Below are positions 8,071-11,611 of a stretch of 11,611 nucleotides of DNA, piece after piece. Position numbers and translations under genes: made by a program. Numbering within the stretch: the stretch's first letter is position 1; every line of letters begins with the position of its first letter. The DNA is from Promethearchaeota archaeon (GTDB lineage Archaea; Asgardarchaeota; Lokiarchaeia; Sigyniarchaeales; SOKP01): contig JBHLLU010000093.1 in NCBI GenBank assembly GCA_048938895.1, forward strand, positions 1 to 11,611. The letters run 5' to 3'. The notes below the pieces were generated by a model that saw only the letters and a list, made by a program, of their open reading frames with translations, searched no databases and was not told the origin of the DNA.

Positions 8071-8361
8071 TTAGGTTAGAAATACATTTTTTAAGATATT
8101 AATAGCTATTTTTTTTTTTCCATTTGATATTTGATTTATTTCATTTCCAATTGAATTAAAATTATCTGGGGGTAAATCCTCGAATAAAGCTAATATAATA
8201 AGCATTTTATTCAAAAAGTATTTTGTGTTTTTATTATTTTCCAAAGTTTTGACTAACTTGATCTCATCTATATTCTTACTTGAGATATTTGTTTGAAAAT
8301 AATTAATAAGATTTGAATGTTCCTCCCTTTCATTATGGTCTTTATATTTTGAGTTAAACAT
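8071..8361 (-). CDS. Small hypothetical protein (96 aa)
   Basis: ATG preceded by SD-like GTGAGGA (8369-8375, 7-nt spacing). Starts 26 bp after the chemoreceptor 2 stop and fills the intergenic space. No recognisable domain. Confidence 0.6.
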   Translation of the reverse strand: MFNSKYKDHNEREEHSNLINYFQTNISSKNIDEIKLVKTLENNKNTKYFLNKMLIILALFEDLPPDNFNSIGNEINQISNGKKKIAINILKNVFLT

Positions 8362-8387
8362 GCCTTATTCCTCACTCTAAAGTGATT

Positions 8388-9533
8388 TTAGGAAATTGTA
8401 TTTTTTACTAGTGATTCTTTCAGATTATCTGCCAGTTTATCTAGCTTATTTGCGGTAAGGGCAATTTCTTCTAGTGAAGTTGTCTGTTCTTCTGCTGAAG
8501 TGTTGATTCCTTTCATGGCGTCGGAAACTCTTTGAATTTTATTTACAATCTCATCGATCTCTGTACCCGTTTCTGAAACAGCATTTTTAGAAGTTTCAGC
8601 GAGTTTTCTTACTTCACTTGCTACGACCCCAAATCCACGACCATGTATGCCTGCTCTTCCAGCTTCAATACTAGCATTTAATGCAAGTAAATTTGTTTGG
8701 TCAGAAATCCCTGTTAAGATATTCATTATTTTTCTAATATTATTAGATAAATTCATAATCTCCTCGGCTATTTTAAAAGCTTCTTGGGTCGAGGATGAGA
8801 TTTGTTCTGATGCAGCATTTATTTCACTTGCACCAGCCGCCAACTCTGTCGCAATATTCGATACATTAATACTAGCTGAAGAGCTCTCTGATAATAATTT
8901 TTTCAATGAATTTTGAAATTTCTCAGTTTGTAATTCTAATAAAGCAACAAGCCCAGTTATTAACATCAAAGACACAAATATAATTGTCATTCCTAAGCCA
9001 AATTCATTGGTTTCGGTTAAGTTTAGATCCCTTAAAGTAGAGGAAAGGATTGTTAGAATTGCTGCAAATAGAGTTAAAATAAAGAATGCATAGGTGGGGG
9101 ATCGATTTTTCCAATATAATCTGAATTGCATAATTAAACTAGCTATTGCAAGAATGAGGATAAGGAATTCAGCACCTAATATTATAGGCAATATTGAAAA
9201 CATAGAAAGTTTCTTCATTTCGATAGATTGTTTACTCAAATTTGGTTTAATGAATACTGAATAATATTCTCGAGAAATTCCTGCGAAAATGAATATTATT
9301 GCAAGAACAAAAAGAATATTCATTATTATACTTCCTGTCTCTCCTACATATCTATGAAATGTACTAAGTAACTGACCTGTCATGACCAAAAAATAAGATG
9401 GAAGCCATTTTAATAAGTCTTTACGCTTTCTACAAACCCAAATAAAAATCATGGTTGCTATTACAATGATTGTCGTAGCTTGGTTATCTATTATTGTAAA
9501 ATTGGTTTCTACCATATTATATTCCAAGATCAT
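8388..9533 (-). CDS. Methyl-accepting chemotaxis protein, paralogue of 6746..7858
   Basis: MCP signature [38 protein letters not shown]. Same multi-TM N-terminus with the shared REYYxxFIK motif. The start could alternatively be the ATG at 9515. Confidence 0.93.
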   Translation of the reverse strand: MILEYNMVETNFTIIDNQATTIIVIATMIFIWVCRKRKDLLKWLPSYFLVMTGQLLSTFHRYVGETGSIIMNILFVLAIIFIFAGISREYYSVFIKPNLSKQSIEMKKLSMFSILPIILGAEFLILILAIASLIMQFRLYWKNRSPTYAFFILTLFAAILTILSSTLRDLNLTETNEFGLGMTIIFVSLMLITGLVALLELQTEKFQNSLKKLLSESSSASINVSNIATELAAGASEINAASEQISSSTQEAFKIAEEIMNLSNNIRKIMNILTGISDQTNLLALNASIEAGRAGIHGRGFGVVASEVRKLAETSKNAVSETGTEIDEIVNKIQRVSDAMKGINTSAEEQTTSLEEIALTANKLDKLADNLKESLVKNTIS

Positions 9534-9636
9534 TCTATTATAACAAAAATTTATACAAAAGAGTCAGAGGAAAATGTGCAAATTCTACTCTTTCTGATAA
9601 ATTTCCTTACTTTTTTATAATTTATAATTTATTTTG

Positions 9637-9650
9637 TATATAAATTTTTA
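9637..9650 (-). promoter_or_regulatory. Putative TATA promoter of chemoreceptor 2
   Basis: Minus strand TAAAAA-TTTATATA, the same TATA octamer as upstream of chemoreceptor 1. Confidence 0.5.
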
Positions 9651-9699
9651 CATCACAAATAATTTATTATAAAATAGAACAATGTTATTTACAACAAGA

Positions 9700-11040
9700 T
9701 TATTGAGAAAATTTTTGGTATCCTCTCCTTTTTATCCTAACTTCTTTTATACGATATAAGAAAATAAAATCAAAAAATAATCTAAATAAACAGGAAATTA
9801 AAAAAAGAGTTTCATACACACTTACAAAAATAACAGGAACTATACTTAATAATATTGTTCCAAAAATTCCACCAAATAAAACTCCAATGCCAAGAAAAAG
9901 ACTATAATAGGAGACATAAAATCCTCTTTCTTGAGATGATACATTATCATATATAAAGTTTGAAGCAGTTAAATTTACTCCCGTCCAGGTGAATGCTGAA
10001 ACCAGTTGAGGACCAAATATTAGTTGAAGAGGAGTATTCATCGCAATCCACAGAATGGGCACAATAGGCAATATTAAACAACAAATCTTTAGTACAAATG
10101 CATTTCCGAATCTATCTGAAAGATAACCTAATAGAGGGTAGAATAACATGCCAAGAAGAGGTGTAGATAAATTCACAATTACATATTCTAAGGGTGTGAA
10201 TTTTAAAATAACCCACATATAAACTCCAACAAACGGTGCTCCAATATTAACAGAAAAAAAAATTAGAGTCATAAATAATGTAAAAAATCCAAAATTGTTG
10301 TTTCTCATCAGTTTTATAAACTTTTTAAGACTGATATAAGATTTTTCTTCAATTTTAAAAGATGGATAATAATGTCGTGCTAGTAAGTACCGGGATAATA
10401 CTCTACTTATGAAAGCAATGAAAAATATAATAGAAAATCCTAGAAACACTTTATTGATATCTAGAAATCTTTCCAAAGCTATTGAAGATAATAAACTTAC
10501 ACTTATAGAGATAGCAGTAATGAATAAATTACGTTTGGAAAAATACCTTCCACGATGACTTTCAGGTACAATATCTCCCATTAAAGAAAACCAGCTGGGT
10601 CCACCAATTGAACCAAAAAAAGAATAGAGGCAATAAAAAATAATTAGAAAAATAGGTAGAAATGATAAGAACCAATTATTTAGGGCAAATATACCAAGTA
10701 GGATAATTAATGGCCAGACAATTAACTGTAAAAAAACACTTCTTAATATTAGAGATCGTCTTGTGTTCTTCTTCATAAGATTTGATCCAGCAATCTGACC
10801 AATTGGTGATAAAATACCAAGTAATGAACTCATGATTCCTATTTGAGTATCTGTAGCTTGTAAAGAAAGCGCATAAGGAGTTATAAATTGATCTGCTAAA
10901 CTTTGAGCAAGTCCACCGAATAATCCCTCTTTTATTGAGAGAGACATAGTTTCATTCTTAAAGAAGATATCCTCAAATTCTTCTAAAACTGACGTTTCTT
11001 TCTGAATAAATTCGGGTGGTTTATCCTCTTCAGCACTCAA
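9700..11040 (-). CDS. MFS transporter (substrate unknown)
   Basis: 446 aa, ~12 TM in a 6+6 arrangement. Motif-A-like GYLSDRFGN, plus MGDIVPESHRGRYFS and YDNVSSQERGFY loops. TTG start. Confidence 0.9.
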   Translation of the reverse strand: MSAEEDKPPEFIQKETSVLEEFEDIFFKNETMSLSIKEGLFGGLAQSLADQFITPYALSLQATDTQIGIMSSLLGILSPIGQIAGSNLMKKNTRRSLILRSVFLQLIVWPLIILLGIFALNNWFLSFLPIFLIIFYCLYSFFGSIGGPSWFSLMGDIVPESHRGRYFSKRNLFITAISISVSLLSSIALERFLDINKVFLGFSIIFFIAFISRVLSRYLLARHYYPSFKIEEKSYISLKKFIKLMRNNNFGFFTLFMTLIFFSVNIGAPFVGVYMWVILKFTPLEYVIVNLSTPLLGMLFYPLLGYLSDRFGNAFVLKICCLILPIVPILWIAMNTPLQLIFGPQLVSAFTWTGVNLTASNFIYDNVSSQERGFYVSYYSLFLGIGVLFGGIFGTILLSIVPVIFVSVYETLFLISCLFRLFFDFIFLYRIKEVRIKRRGYQKFSQ

Positions 11041-11240
11041 TTATTTTCCCTTAAATGGTAAATTTATTTTAATAAGGAAAAAGAATCTCCTAATTTAAGC
11101 TTATTTTTATAATAATTTTTAAAAATATGATGTCAGTATATTTAAATAATTAAATTTCTGAAGAGGAAAAATATATTTAGAACAGATGATATTTTGGTTT
11201 ATTCCTCTTAAATCATTTCTTTTATACTAGGTGTAGTGTT

Positions 11241-11611
11241 CTGAAAGAAAATAAGTTTAATAGATATCTAAAAGAGAATAATATAGCCCAAAAACAAACC
11301 AAAATTTACATATCTTTGTTAAAGGAATTTAAAGCCTTTCTTAGTAAAGATAGGATTGATGTTGACGATTTTCCGAAAGGAAATATAACAAGATTCACCG
11401 AATATTTAATACAAAAGGGAGAATCTGAGATTGTATTAAACTTCTTAAAAGCACTAATAAATTATGCAAATTTTAAGAAGAAATATGATTACATAATTGA
11501 AATTATTGATGTCTCTGAATCTTATAATGCAATGAATAATCTCTACCAACGAGTTGCTGAACAATTTGGAGAGAATTTACGAGATGAAATTTTTAAAGAG
11601 ATTGAAGTTCC
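11241..11611 (+). CDS. Hypothetical helical protein, partial (runs off the right edge)
   Basis: Not in the ORF track. Open frame from CTG 11241: (M)KENKFNRYLKENNIAQKQTKIYISLLKEFKAFLSKDRIDVDDFPKGNITRFTEYLIQKGESEIVLNFLKALINYANFKKKYDYIIEIIDVSESYNAMNNLYQRVAEQFGENLRDEIFKEIEVP... SD-like AGGTG at 11229-11233. The N-terminal helices loosely resemble a SAM-like bundle; a tentative resemblance to DUF6144-type proteins is from memory only. Confidence 0.75.
   Translation, partial: MKENKFNRYLKENNIAQKQTKIYISLLKEFKAFLSKDRIDVDDFPKGNITRFTEYLIQKGESEIVLNFLKALINYANFKKKYDYIIEIIDVSESYNAMNNLYQRVAEQFGENLRDEIFKEIEV

Noticed and set aside
8109-8119. A11 homopolymer (coding strand) in the 96-aa ORF as a phase-variation switch
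   Set aside because: It encodes Lys codons in AT-rich DNA near the C-terminus. Both shifted frames stop within a few codons, so no hidden longer product exists.
8647-8916. 89-aa plus-strand ORF
   Set aside because: Antisense mirror of the MCP coiled coil.
11115-11148. AT-only palindromes ATTTTTAAAAAT and TATTTAAATA in the divergent promoter region
   Set aside because: Expected by chance at this AT content; they may simply be TATA elements and cannot be assigned.
11241-11480. Right-edge ORF as an integrase/mobile element
   Set aside because: Only a loose SAM-like helical resemblance; no catalytic R-H-R-Y residues, att sites or terminal repeats are visible.

Overview
AT-rich archaeal-type DNA, most likely an Asgard archaeon (Lokiarchaeia-like). 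That call rests on a profilin-fold gene at the left edge that the ORF track missed, and on BRE/TATA promoters with oligo-T terminators. Seven genes lie on the minus strand. In transcription order they are: an MFS transporter; two paralogous multi-TM methyl-accepting chemoreceptors with very short, HAMP-less signalling hairpins, separated by a 96-aa ORF; a 1529-aa surface protein (two Asp-box beta-propellers, each apparently inserted into an FlgD-type Ig domain, two more Ig-like domains, about 7 TM helices, cytoplasmic double zinc ribbon); a 461-aa hypothetical protein; and a profilin-like protein with a C-terminal extension that runs off the window. A divergent plus-strand ORF, probably CTG-initiated, starts at the right edge. 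The most interesting points are the adhesion-receptor-like 7TM protein, the extended profilin and the atypical chemoreceptors, which together could form a sensing-to-actin locus (inference only). No rRNA, tRNA, CRISPR array or mobile element was seen. All domain calls come from motif recognition by eye, not from database searches.
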